Assembly (NCBI RefSeq): GCF_006345805.1
Contig: NC_043017.1
Location: forward strand, 29,698,001 to 29,762,000
Direction: 5' to 3'
From: Octopus sinensis
Taxonomy: Eukaryota
Length of the DNA stretch: 64,000 nucleotides
Position 1 is the first letter of the stretch; each line of letters begins with the position of its first letter. The position numbers were made by a program, and so were the translations under genes. The notes beneath the pieces are model-generated. The model ran no database searches and was not told where the DNA came from. It saw only the letters and a list, made by a program, of their open reading frames with translations. This document shows, piece after piece, positions 51,679 to 64,000 of this stretch.

Positions 51679-53324
51679 ACACACATATATAGAGAAGAAA
51701 TTATCGTCATTAATATCGACCACAGTACCATGATTCAATGTCTACAGTTAAATCAAGAGTAATGTTGATTTCGACAAGAATTGAAGTCAGAACTCTGCCA
51801 ACACATTGTTGCATCCTGCCAATTTATTTTCAAACTATGCATCATAGTTTGAATATCAAACAGCGAGTATATGGCGGTAGGTCAACTGTTACGTGCGAAA
51901 TGTTTCCTAAATTAGTTGTCATATGTATCAATTACATCGTGTGAAGAATCCCGATCAACATATTGCAAATGGTTTCGAGAAATACTCCTCAAAATATTAG
52001 TTCTTATTTATCTGAATTACTAGATTTGTAATATGTTCATTATCTTATTAATCACAGTTTCTCGTCTTTTTAACTCAGTTCCTTCTTTAAGCAGATATTT
52101 TGCAGATTTCATGTATTGTGTACGAAATGCTATCTCCATAAAAAGAAAAATGAAACCTATGACATTATTTAATGACCTTACACTATTTTACCCTTTTTTT
52201 TTTAACGGTTGACCTTAAGAGATTTGGCATTTAAAGAATCTCTTGCGAGTTGGCTACACTCTATATGATTAGACCTAATTAAAATGGATCATGACAGCCC
52301 CAGTGCCTAAGTCTAACAATTTGAAGAGGACACCCTGCCGATATGAAAATTTCCACTCTGGTTCATTGTATTCACCTCAAGACTTCTAAAAACAGGAAAA
52401 GACAAATTTTCCGTTTCGACATCAGAATAATCAATTTTTGCGACGTATTTCGTCACATATTTTTTTTACCTCTATTTTTTGTTTGCAGTGTAACATTTTT
52501 TTTTAGTTCATTCATGTCAGTGAAGCTAGGTATTGATGTTAAACTCTCTTCGACTTTACTCAGGTGGTGAGATAGATGTCTATATCATGCACCGACTTTA
52601 TAAGTAAATATCTGACTATTTACATGAGAAGTACTTTATATGAATTGTAAAAAAAAAAATCCAAGTGACATCCTCCCCCATACAAATCTAGATTCTCTTT
52701 CTGACAAACAAACAGATGGACAAAATAGAATACGCAGTAAGATTGGTCCCGACATCAAACGAATTGCTTTCATTAAAGGTGCCTCAGCTCATGACTCGGA
52801 AATAGATATTTCGATATCTATTTGTACACGGCACCGGGACCTCATACTAAATCATATGTTTATTATTATTATTAACACTTTATTCAACTGAAGATAAACT
52901 TTATAGATTAAATCAAGGTCAGATCGATCTTTGTTCGACCTGCACATAAAGACTTCCACGTAAGTATATTTGATAGTCAAAGATAGCATGATTTGATTGC
53001 AGGTTTCCTATATAACTGTTAGGAAACACGGTGACATATGCAAATAACGTTACTTGATAGGAAGTAGAACATTTTATTGTTGCTTTCATCCTCACTCGGT
53101 ATATGAGAAAAGACACAGTTTCTTTACACTGGTATAAAAAGAAATAAATAATGTCGATAAGGAACTTGAAACCGAGAACATGATATGAATAGAAGCATAA
53201 AACTTCATTCTACATCTTAACTGCTTCAGTCTCCTTGCTGTCATTATAGTCAACAGGATTTGGTTAATAAAGCTACATGCTATTACCTCATCGATCTATG
53301 TATGTATAAGTGTACATGAAAATG

Positions 53325-53355
53325 CTTATGTATGTATGTATATGCGTATGCATGC

Positions 53356-53395
<40 letters not shown>

Positions 53396-53414
53396 GTATG
53401 TATGTATATATATG

Positions 53415-53499
<85 letters not shown>

Positions 53500-53624
53500 G
53501 TATATATGTATGTATATATATATGTTGTATGTATATATATATGTGTATGTATGTATATATATATATGTATGTATGTATATATATGTATGTATATATGTAT
53601 GTATATATGTATGTATGTATAAAT

Positions 53625-53660
<36 letters not shown>

Positions 53661-53682
53661 TATATATATATATATATAATAT

Positions 53683-53714
<32 letters not shown>

Positions 53715-53715
53715 A
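53325..53715. repeat. (TATG)n/(TA)n microsatellite
   Basis: Direct reading. Confidence 0.95.
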
Positions 53716-56309
53716 AACTGTCCTAACAACATTTAAGTCATACAGGTTGAAGGTATTTTATTAATCATTGTCGATTAAGAGACAGGCTTACTGAACATTA
53801 TCCACATAAAACCCGAAGATACTATAAGATCTTGCGTTGCATATCAATCTACTTAGCTTGATTTAAGTTCATTAACAAATTAATTAAGAAAAAAAAAACC
53901 TTATAGAAATAGAAAATTTACATTTCTATTTTCTGTTTTATTTGATTGTTATTGCATTTTTCGTCCTGTATTTTTGGTCAATAAAATTCTAAATTACAAC
54001 AATAATTTAGGAGTTAAAAGTATAAAACCCTTCACGCATAAATAAATGTATTGGACAAAAATATAAAGAAAACATTTTCAAAAAAGGATATATTTAGGAC
54101 GGCTTGTATATCTGCATACTTAATGCTTATTTCCTCTCTATGATATATAAAATTAACCCGTAATGTCTACTGAATACAACGAATCACTAACAATGTTCAG
54201 AGTTGTAACAAGTTAATTATACACGGTTAAATCATCCATTAATGTCATGTTGGAATTTCTCAATGATAATTACTGTCAAGTGTAGTTACGAAGAAGAAAA
54301 TAACACAAACAATGGCTAATAATAAAAATATAATAAACAATAAACAAAGAATAAATAAGTAATCAAGAAGTAAATTTAGAAAGAAAAATATCCTTAGTGC
54401 TCATCTGAATAAATCTGTAGGAATTAAATATTTCGGATAATCATTTGTTATTTTGTTCAGAGCCCAAAAAAAATATATAAATAGCACGACAAAACGAGTG
54501 TAGCTATTACTACAATTGATAAAGGAGTAGAACCGCTTAAAGGTGGCACAGTGTTATATCTAGTGAGGCCAAGTAGCAGAGAAAGGAATAAAACAAATAG
54601 GAATGGAATAAGAGAACGTCAGGCATGTCAAGTTGGAGGAGTGGAGTAACTACTTCAAGTAATGATTGATAACAATGAAACAGTTTTACAAAACGCATGT
54701 TCCTTTTCTGTTTTTGTATTTTGCATTTTGCATTCTGCTAAGCATTGTTGTTTTTACGATTTCTTCTTCAAATGATGACGACGATGATAATGGCCATCTC
54801 GTTGATAATGATTATGAAGATGATGACTGATCGTCTCATTGATTCGTTTTTCTACCTTTTTGTCGAAAAAAAAAAACGCTTTCTGTCATGGTTTTCAAAT
54901 ACTGTTATTGCTGACAAAGAATATGGTTATTTCTACTTCTTTGCCAACCACGCTGCAATGCATTCATGTCAACAAACCCATTTCAGTCACCTTCGCCTCT
55001 GTTGCAGGTCCCTCTGGCATTAGCATTTACACTTACGGCAAATAGATACATTAAACTGATGTGTTTTATCTACAGACCATATAAGAGAAATGCATCAAGC
55101 ACGGCCATTTTCTCGGTCACCAATAATAATTTTGAAGCGTGATGTGTGGTCACTGTCAAGCTGTCTGAATTACGATTGAGACCAGAACAGGAATATGTTG
55201 CCATGATTTATATGCACGCATGTTCAAACATGAGTTTTTGTACGTTCATTAATTGTTATAAGATGTCTCAGTGATAAAAGCTTCAATAAGAGTCTTCTAC
55301 AATGTGAGGTATACTAAATCAGGACGGATTCAACTGTGGGTCCTCCTAAAACAAAATGGAAGTCTCAAAGCCGTCGATGTTTATTGCTAGCGTAACACTT
55401 CGTCGTCCGTTTGACATTTCCCTTCAAACGACTAATTGATTCTCTGCTGTAGATTATTAGAAATTCATTTATTATGTTTGAATGCATGAAGAAATCGTAC
55501 TGTTGCTAACGCATTACACGAATTCATGACTCGAGACAACAAGGAAACCCTTTTGTAGTCGAGTGAATTGCTAGAAATACCACATAAATATCCATATAAC
55601 ACACATCAACCCCTACTCGGTTAAAAGGGCAACGAAACATTCCATAAAGCAGTCTTTGATATATATTTGCCTGCAAAATCATTTGAAAATCTAAAAAAGC
55701 AAATATATTAACGTTTGAAATGCCTTTGACATTATGTCGGTTCGTTTAGGGCTGAGATGATGTTGAAGAACAACAAAAACAATAATCGCAAATTAATGCG
55801 TTGCTCAATGGCTGAAGTGCAAATGAAATAGTTAATGGCACTAATAGCTATATGCTATAGGACAAAACATTTATGGGGAATAGCATTTTTTTTTTGCTTT
55901 GTCTTGTTTTAATGCAAATCCAATATCGTTGCTGCACTTTCAAAGGAAAATGAATTGTAAACTAGGAAACAGACTCCATCATATATTAACAGAACAATAT
56001 TAAATATTGCCCCGTTCTGTTTGTTTTCTTGCTTTCTAGCTGTGCATTGTTATTGAAAAGCCAATAGTTTATAGCACACTCTGATGGCGTTGATCGTTTC
56101 TTATCTAATCTTTATAAGGACAACAAGTACAAACTCACCGATATTTCTGATGGTCATGCTGCTTTAGATTGACATTAACCCCGTTAGATATTTACAAGTG
56201 GTTTTCATAAGTCAGAAAAATTATGATTCACAAGACAACTATATATGGCATGTTTTATCACTAAATTTATCACTAAATTCTCAGAATATCAGATTCAAAT
56301 TTTACCACA

Positions 56310-56706
56310 GGATCAGCAGATTTAGGGTTAAGTCGACTACAACAAAAACCCATTGCTCAATACGTATTTATTTTATCGATCAAGACAGGACGAAAAGTAT
56401 AGACTACCCTGGCAGCGTTTGATCTCAGAGCGTATAGCCAAAAGAAATGCCGCTAAGCTTTTTGTGGGGCTCGGTAACAATACTTATTTCTTTACTACCC
56501 ACAAGGGGCTAAACACAGAGAGGACAAACAAAGACAGACAAACGGATTAAGTCGATTATATCGACCCCACTGCGTAACTGGTACTTATTTAATCGACCCC
56601 GAAAGGATGAAAGGCAAAGTCGACCTCAGCGGAATTTGAACTCAGAACATAGCGGCAGACGAAATACCGCTAAGCATTTCGCCAGGCGTGCTAACGATTC
56701 TGCCAT
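56310..56706 (-). mobile_element. Old plus young tandem SINE family B copies
   Basis: 56480-56706 is near-identical to 10280-10514; 56310-56470 is decayed. Confidence 0.87.
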
Positions 56707-57623
56707 CTCTCGGAAACGCACACAAAGACGCGCGCACGCACACACACACAAAGAAAACTTTAAATATGATGCTGTTGTGTTGCTGTTGCTGCTTAAGATT
56801 CTACTGGTGATCATGACGAGGAGGAAGATTTTGAAGATGGATATATTACGCATTTCTTTAAATAAAATGTAAAAACAGCGCTTCCTATATTATATTTTTA
56901 CTCTTTTAAATTACCACATAATTGGAGCTGGTGTTTTTGATCTAAATTACTTTCTAAATGTATGACATTGCAATATATATATATACATATATATGCATGT
57001 ATATATACACACATATATGCATGTATATATACACATATATACGCATGTATATATACACATATATATGTATATATACACACACACATATATATATACACAC
57101 GTATATATACATACAACACATATATACACACACATATATATATATATATACATATGTATATATATAAACTAGTTTTATTTGAAAGTAATTCAAGATAAAA
57201 TAAAATTAAAATTAATGACTGAACTTTCATTAAGTGCACCAAGGATACAAATATATAAGAAGAGAGCAGCTGACACACAAGCTTAGAGACTCTATGGCGT
57301 TCCTACACCATAAGATTTATTGAAAACTATCACCGAGTAAATGACATATTCGGTTAAACGAATTAATAGATGTAGCACACTTAATAACTAATTTATTTTC
57401 CACCCCTCAATCACTGTATTATATTTCTGAGATAATCCGCGGCAAACTTAACCCCTATTGATGCATACGTTATGTCATATATATATATATATTTTAAATA
57501 GGATAAAATCTTTATAAGAAATTATCAAGTAGTTAGCGTGAAAAACCTCGTAAGAGAAAAAAAATCTGTAAATTTTTTCAACTTTGAAAATACTTATTAG
57601 TACCCTCTATATAATATAATATA

Positions 57624-57682
<59 letters not shown>

Positions 57683-58675
57683 ATATATATATACTCAGAT
57701 ATGTATGTATGCATTCATGAATTGAGTGCTTCACTAGGGCTGTGTGTAAATGGGTTTGTGTGTATGATATTGATATAAACTATTGATCTTGATTAGAATT
57801 TCAAATCTTATCAAGTTTCTTTGAAGTATATTTGATTAAATAAGAAAACGAACCTGCACTCTGGCACTCCGAGGAGTCTTGTTCATCAAATGGAATTATT
57901 TCATATTACGCATGTGTCGATGTGCTTTTGTGTACATAGATATGTGCATACATACACGTATGTGTACATACACGTATGCATACATACACGTATGCATACA
58001 TACACGTATGCATACATACACACTCTTACACAATCACACGTACAAGGTGAGATACGTACGTATATCTATCGTGCTTCTATATATGAATATACGTATATAT
58101 GCACACATGCATATATATATATATATATATATATATGCCACATGTGAATATATACATATACATATGTATATATATGCCACATGCAAATATATACATATAT
58201 ATATATATATATGCAAAATGCAAATATGAAATATATATATATGTTTCTATATATAAATATATATTTGGGTGTATGCATATTATGTGGGGGAGTAAGCGTC
58301 TGTGTGTGTGTTTGTGTGTGTGATATAAACTTTCAAGTATTGTTTTACATAATAATAGAAAATGGGGGGAATTGTGAAAGAAAATAAATGTTTTATTTTT
58401 CAATCAAGAACTCAGTGAAGAAAATAGAGAGAGAAATGATAGGAAACAAAAAGTAATAAAGCTGTAAAATAAATTTATATTTTTAGAGTTTCTATTTGTA
58501 ACTCGGATTGAAGAAATAAATGTCAGTAAAATTATTGACATTATGGAATTGAAGATCGTATTGAAACCCAAAAGTTCTACTCATAACTCTCCCAGACTGA
58601 TAAAATACATATATTATTAATTTACTGACAGCAATTATAAATGTATTTAATGCTTGTGGATAGTTAGTGTCTGGA

Positions 58676-59083
58676 AAGGCGGCGAAAGGTATCACACCTC
58701 GGGCGAAATGCTTCGCGGCATTTCGTCTGTCTTTATGTTCTGACTTCAAAATCCGCTGAATGTCTCCTTTGCTTTTCATCCTTTCGGATCGATTTAATCT
58801 ACTGGCCCCTTCCCCCCAAATTTTCGGGCCTTGAACCTAGAGTAGAAAAGGATGATTAGTGTCTGGAAAGGTGGCGAGCGGGTAGAATCGTCAGAACTCC
58901 AAGTAAAATACTTAGCGATATTTCGACCGTCTTTATATTCTGAGTTCAAATTCTGCTTTTGCCAGTTTTTCTTTCTTCCTCTCGAGTTCGATTATACAAG
59001 TGCCAGTTGAGCAGTGGGCCATGCGTAATCCAATGGCCCTTACTTCTAAAGCTCCAGACCATGTGCCAATATTAGAACAGATA
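58676..59083 (+). mobile_element. Two head-to-tail SINE family B copies at one target site
   Basis: Two heads AAGG(C/T)GGCGA; TTAG(A)TGTCTGG at 58664, 58856 and 59084. Confidence 0.85.
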
Positions 59084-60364
59084 TTAGATGTCTGGCTGAG
59101 ACAGTAAAATAACTAAACGACAATTTTTTTTTTGAATGTTTGTAACCCTTTGTGATATTACAAAGTTGCTTGTTCAAATTTTGCATCAAAACGATTCGTA
59201 GATCTATGCAGTTAAAGAACAGGTGATAAATATATAATTAAGATTTTCTGCATAAATTTTGGTAATCATGCATAATTAATCCCTAGGCATTCTATTTGTT
59301 GCAATTTTATTAAGGGTCCACCAAGTATTCTGCATTGGTATTTAGTTAAAAATAATAGTGTTACTATTTATATTCGAGGAAATGCTGGTCTTATAATCAC
59401 CCCTGCTGATATTACAGTTGCATATAATTGCATACAAAGTAATGTGCAGTCGCTGCACTCGAAACATATGTAGGTCAGATGTATATTCTGTGAAAACGTT
59501 TAAAGTGTTTAGATATTGAAAATATCTCCACTCACTTCTTCGTTATGAAGTATAAAGTTTATGTGTTTGTCTGTGTGTGAATGTGCGCGCGTGTATGGAG
59601 TGAATACAAATATATTTGATAGTTTCTATGCGTTTCTCTCTTTATCTGTGCATGTATAGGAATATATTGATGTCAGCTGTGAGTCTTATTTACAATTACG
59701 CGAGGTAAACAACAAATTAAATGTTAAACAGATTTAATGACAAATATTTATGCTCATTTAATAGCCGTCTGCCTTTTCTTTCGGTCTTTTGATGTAAATG
59801 TGTTTTGTCATTTTTCTCATTAATTAACTTATCATTCAGAACGAAAATTTTGTCGCAAATTGCACTAATTTCTGCGAAAAGCTTATTCTAATTTGTTGTC
59901 AAACAAAATAATGAGTCATTATTCTCGATATATACAGCTCACAGTATAATATATGCATATATATACGTGTGCGTGTATATGTAGCAGTTTGAGTGTGTCT
60001 CAGTGTGTTTGTGTGTGTGTGAGTGAAAGACAACTCAACATAAATACATTTATATTCCAGTATTTGCATCATTCAAGTCGATTTGCGCATCAGTCATTTT
60101 AAATCATATAACAAAATCTCACAAGTAAAGAATTAGACAATCGTGTATGCGTTGCTTGGCCTGCAAGTAATAGGAATAATATAATTTATTTCACAAACTA
60201 TCGGATTCGGAACACCCTAGTAGATGCAGTCTTGAATGCACACACTTACTGGCTTTGCAATGTTTATGTATTTTGAGACTAAATTTTTTATAATCTGAGC
60301 TGAAAAACAAAAACAAAAGGCAAAACACAATATGTAATCTTTTCTATTAAAGCACAATGCCTGA

Positions 60365-60480
60365 AATCTTTTTTTGGTGGGAGACAAGCTGATTACATCG
60401 ATCCCAGTAATCTACTGAAATTTAATTTATCGACCTTGGGGGAATTTGAACTGAGAATTTAAAGACGGACGAAACGCCAC
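60365..60480 (-). mobile_element. Decayed SINE family B fragment
   Basis: GATTACATCGATCCCAGT...TTTATCGACC...GGAATTTGAACTGAGAA. Confidence 0.7.
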
Positions 60481-61479
60481 CAAAAAATTGTTTACACGTT
60501 CTTATCCATATTTTAGTTTTTGTGAGGCAGTAAATTTCGGTCTCATTTTATCATAGTCTAGTCTTAATAATAATTTGTTGAAGGTTTTGACTTAGTGAAA
60601 GTTAAACAGTTTTTCAAACTGTAACATGTTTGCATTTTACACGAATCTTATTGTTTTCATTGCAGCACCTCAATAATTAAAGATGGTATTCGTTTAGTAT
60701 TCTTACTTTTAAATGACTATAAATTTAGACGGGAAAATGGTACATTATAAGTATCAAGATTTTCTTATAACCGCATTATTGTCACAAGAGAAATGATGTC
60801 AATCAAAGATCGGAATTTGGTTATAATTAGGATTCTCTAACCAAACATTTATCGTTGCTGCACAAATGATAAAACTTTCTGTTCATTCTTTACAGTTCAT
60901 GTGCTTGTACACTTCCATCGCTGCTTCCAAGTAATGATAAACTATTACTATGATATCCATTTTTTTTTATTAATATTAACGTTCCTTTTCACTGAAGGAA
61001 ATAATATTATTCTAACAATTCTTTTATTGTCAGAATGCAGTCAAATAGAATCGCTCAAATATGACTGAAATTGATTTTTTTGAAAAATTTCTTAACCAGG
61101 AAACATACGGAGGATTATTATTATTATTATTAAACAGGTTGAATACACAAGAAATTCAAAGGAAGATTGGAATACTGAAATTTTAAAGACAATCCATGCA
61201 GAGATTCTGAAACGTAATTGACTGCCGAAGAGTGGATTGAATATAAAATGATTTACATAACACACGTCTATTAAAGGTTAATGTAAACATCATCGATGGG
61301 AAGAGATCAGTGCTAAACTTATTTGTCATAATAATCTTCGTAACCTTGAAATGCTTATTTAGAAAACAACATAGAACAATAAATAAATTTTAGGATATAA
61401 ACAAAATGATGCATAAACATATATGTGTATTTCTGTGACTGCTTGTTTCAATATGAAAATGTGCGCTCGTGTGTGTGTG

Positions 61480-61990
61480 TGTATATATATATTGATATGC
61501 ATGTATGTGTATATGTATTACATATATATACTCATAGATACACTCTTATATATATATATATATAGATGTATATTTATATAAATATATACATATACATCTA
61601 TATAGATGTATATTTATATAAATATATACATATACATATACATCTATACAGATGTATATATATAAATATACACATATACATATACATCTATACAGATGTA
61701 TATATATAAATATACATATATACATATAAATATACACACACACATATATAAATATATATATATACATATAAATATACACACACACACATAAATATATATA
61801 TACATATAAATATATACACACACACACATACATATATAAATATATATATACATATAAATATATATACACACACATATACATATATAAATATATATATACA
61901 TATAAATATATATACACACACATATACATATATAAATATATATATACAATATAATTATATACACACACACATATATATATATATAAATGT

Positions 61991-62024
<34 letters not shown>

Positions 62025-62131
62025 TAGATAATAGACACACACACATATATATACACACACACATATATATATACACACACATATATGTATAATATATATA
62101 AATACACACATATATGTATATATATATAAAT

Positions 62132-62177
<46 letters not shown>

Positions 62178-63320
62178 AGAGAGAGATATAGTGAGAGATA
62201 TAGAGTATACAAATTTCTCACCTTCCCTCCATCTCTTGTCAGTTTGTGAGAGAGCATTTTTTTTAACTGTATAACTATTTCATTTTCGTTTACTTCATTC
62301 CTCTTTAGTTTTACCATTCTTTTATATATTTTTGGGTGAAGATCATTGTGGCAGTAGCGGCATTTGTTGTTTTGCCTCTACTGGTAACTTGGGGAATATG
62401 TTTCAACACTCAGCTTAGATCAATATTTAAATAAGAAACTAAACAGAATAACATAAGCGAAAATATACTATTCATGATTTAAATTTACGCTATCATTATC
62501 CTCTGAAATTTCTTCAAAGAATATTTTGAAGGTGGCAATTTCAACAAATCGTTTTACTCTTTCAAAATATATTCTCTTTGGAATCTAACTATCACGTGCA
62601 CTTCAACTTTTAACAAGTCTTTCGCATATTTCACCTGCAAATAAATCAGTATCTATTGATGTGTGTGTACCTCTACATATACACACACATACACGCTTCC
62701 ATACATGCATACATACCTACGTACATATAAATATATATATATATATATATGAAAACACACTAACACATAAATATATACATATGCACACAAAAACACACAC
62801 ACATAAATATATACATATGCACACAAAAACACACACATAAATATATATATATATTATATATATATAATATATACATACACATATATATATGTAGACATAT
62901 ACACATATATATATATACACATATATATGTATACATATACACGCTTTCACATACGCACAAACATGTTAATAGATATGTATGTATTCATGTATGGATGTAT
63001 ACAGCACACATATACATTCATATACTCAAATATATATGTATATAAATGTATTTAACTATCCATCTATCTATCTGTCTATATATAAATATACATACACATA
63101 TACAAATATACATGCATATCTATATATACATATACTTATAAATAAATATACATACATATCTATATATACATATATATAAATATACATACATATCTATATA
63201 TAAATATACATACACATATACATACATATATATACATACAGATACACATATATATGTGTATATACACATATATATGTGTATATACACATATATATGTGTA
63301 TCTGTATGTGTGTGTGTGTC
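61480..63320. repeat. Two large compound (TA)n/(CA)n microsatellite blocks (61480-62175, 62650-63320)
   Basis: Direct reading. Confidence 0.9.
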
Positions 63321-63670
63321 TTTGCGTGTTTGTTTATGTCCATGTACACAAAATGATGATGATATGAATGTAGTGTGAGGAATAAAAAAAAAACACGAAG
63401 AAATAATGTATAAATTATTTAAGATTCAAAGATCTTTTTTTCTTCTTTTTTTTCTTCTCTGGGTGAAATAAGTACGTAAAAAAAAAAAAAGAAAGGTCAA
63501 AATAAGAAAATTCATTTTGCGTTCGTAAATTTTGTTGCAGCTACTTCGAATCTGATGCCATTACTCTTAGAGTAATACGTCAATATCGTGACTATTTCAA
63601 TTCTCTTGACCTCGTTTCCTTGTCTTGCCAATCACCATCCCCAAAGTGTAAGTATACATAAAACCAATAA

Positions 63671-63720
<50 letters not shown>

Positions 63721-63931
63721 TCATACGACTTGAATGACGGTGGTGAAGTATAAATATCAGCCGTAGGGTCATGAATGATCATCTTCGTCTTCAAACGTTT
63801 TTTTTCTACAGTGAGACAAGTTGGCGGAGTGTTGCTCGACATAAAACGATACAAGCTATTAATAGATTCAATTTCTAGATTTTGTGTTTGAATTCTCAAC
63901 TTATAATCTTTCTCTAACTCTCCCGACCGCA

Positions 63932-63973
<42 letters not shown>

Positions 63974-64000
63974 GGCATTTAGTTTGATATGTATTCATTT

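Noticed and set aside
54880-55045. LKWV..HECIAAWL resembling a RING-variant motif
   Set aside because: In-frame stops and wrong Cys/His spacing
56170-57460. TTAACCCC piggyBac-like ends (also AAGGGTTAA near 6655)
   Set aside because: No matching opposite terminus was found
1-64000. CRISPR array, rRNA or prokaryotic operon
   Set aside because: No regularly spaced repeat-spacer array, rRNA similarity or gene-dense region; the sequence is clearly eukaryotic repeat-rich DNA

Overview
AT-rich, repeat-dense eukaryotic non-coding DNA. The SINE families and the (TA)n/(CA)n/(TATG)n load point to a coleoid cephalopod, most likely Octopus; this is an inference from family recognition, not a database hit. 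No host protein-coding gene can be called with confidence, and almost all ORFs in the track are translations of microsatellites. Supported content: one decayed, 5'-truncated CR1-group LINE (22.9-26.05 kb; APE + RT); two R4/Dong-like REL endonuclease fragments in a (TAA)n-rich cluster; at least four tRNA-derived SINE families (labelled A-D here); non-autonomous Helitron-like elements; MITEs; Penelope-like (PLE) remnants; and large compound microsatellites. The most interesting signal is a set of unrelated short repeats that each fold as a minimal type I hammerhead ribozyme with a palindromic stem III. The best case is a perfect 169-bp inverted repeat (29471-29867) carrying two mirror-image hammerheads whose only core deviation is a compensatory U3-A8 pair. 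Coordinates were counted by hand; ends of decayed elements are approximate.
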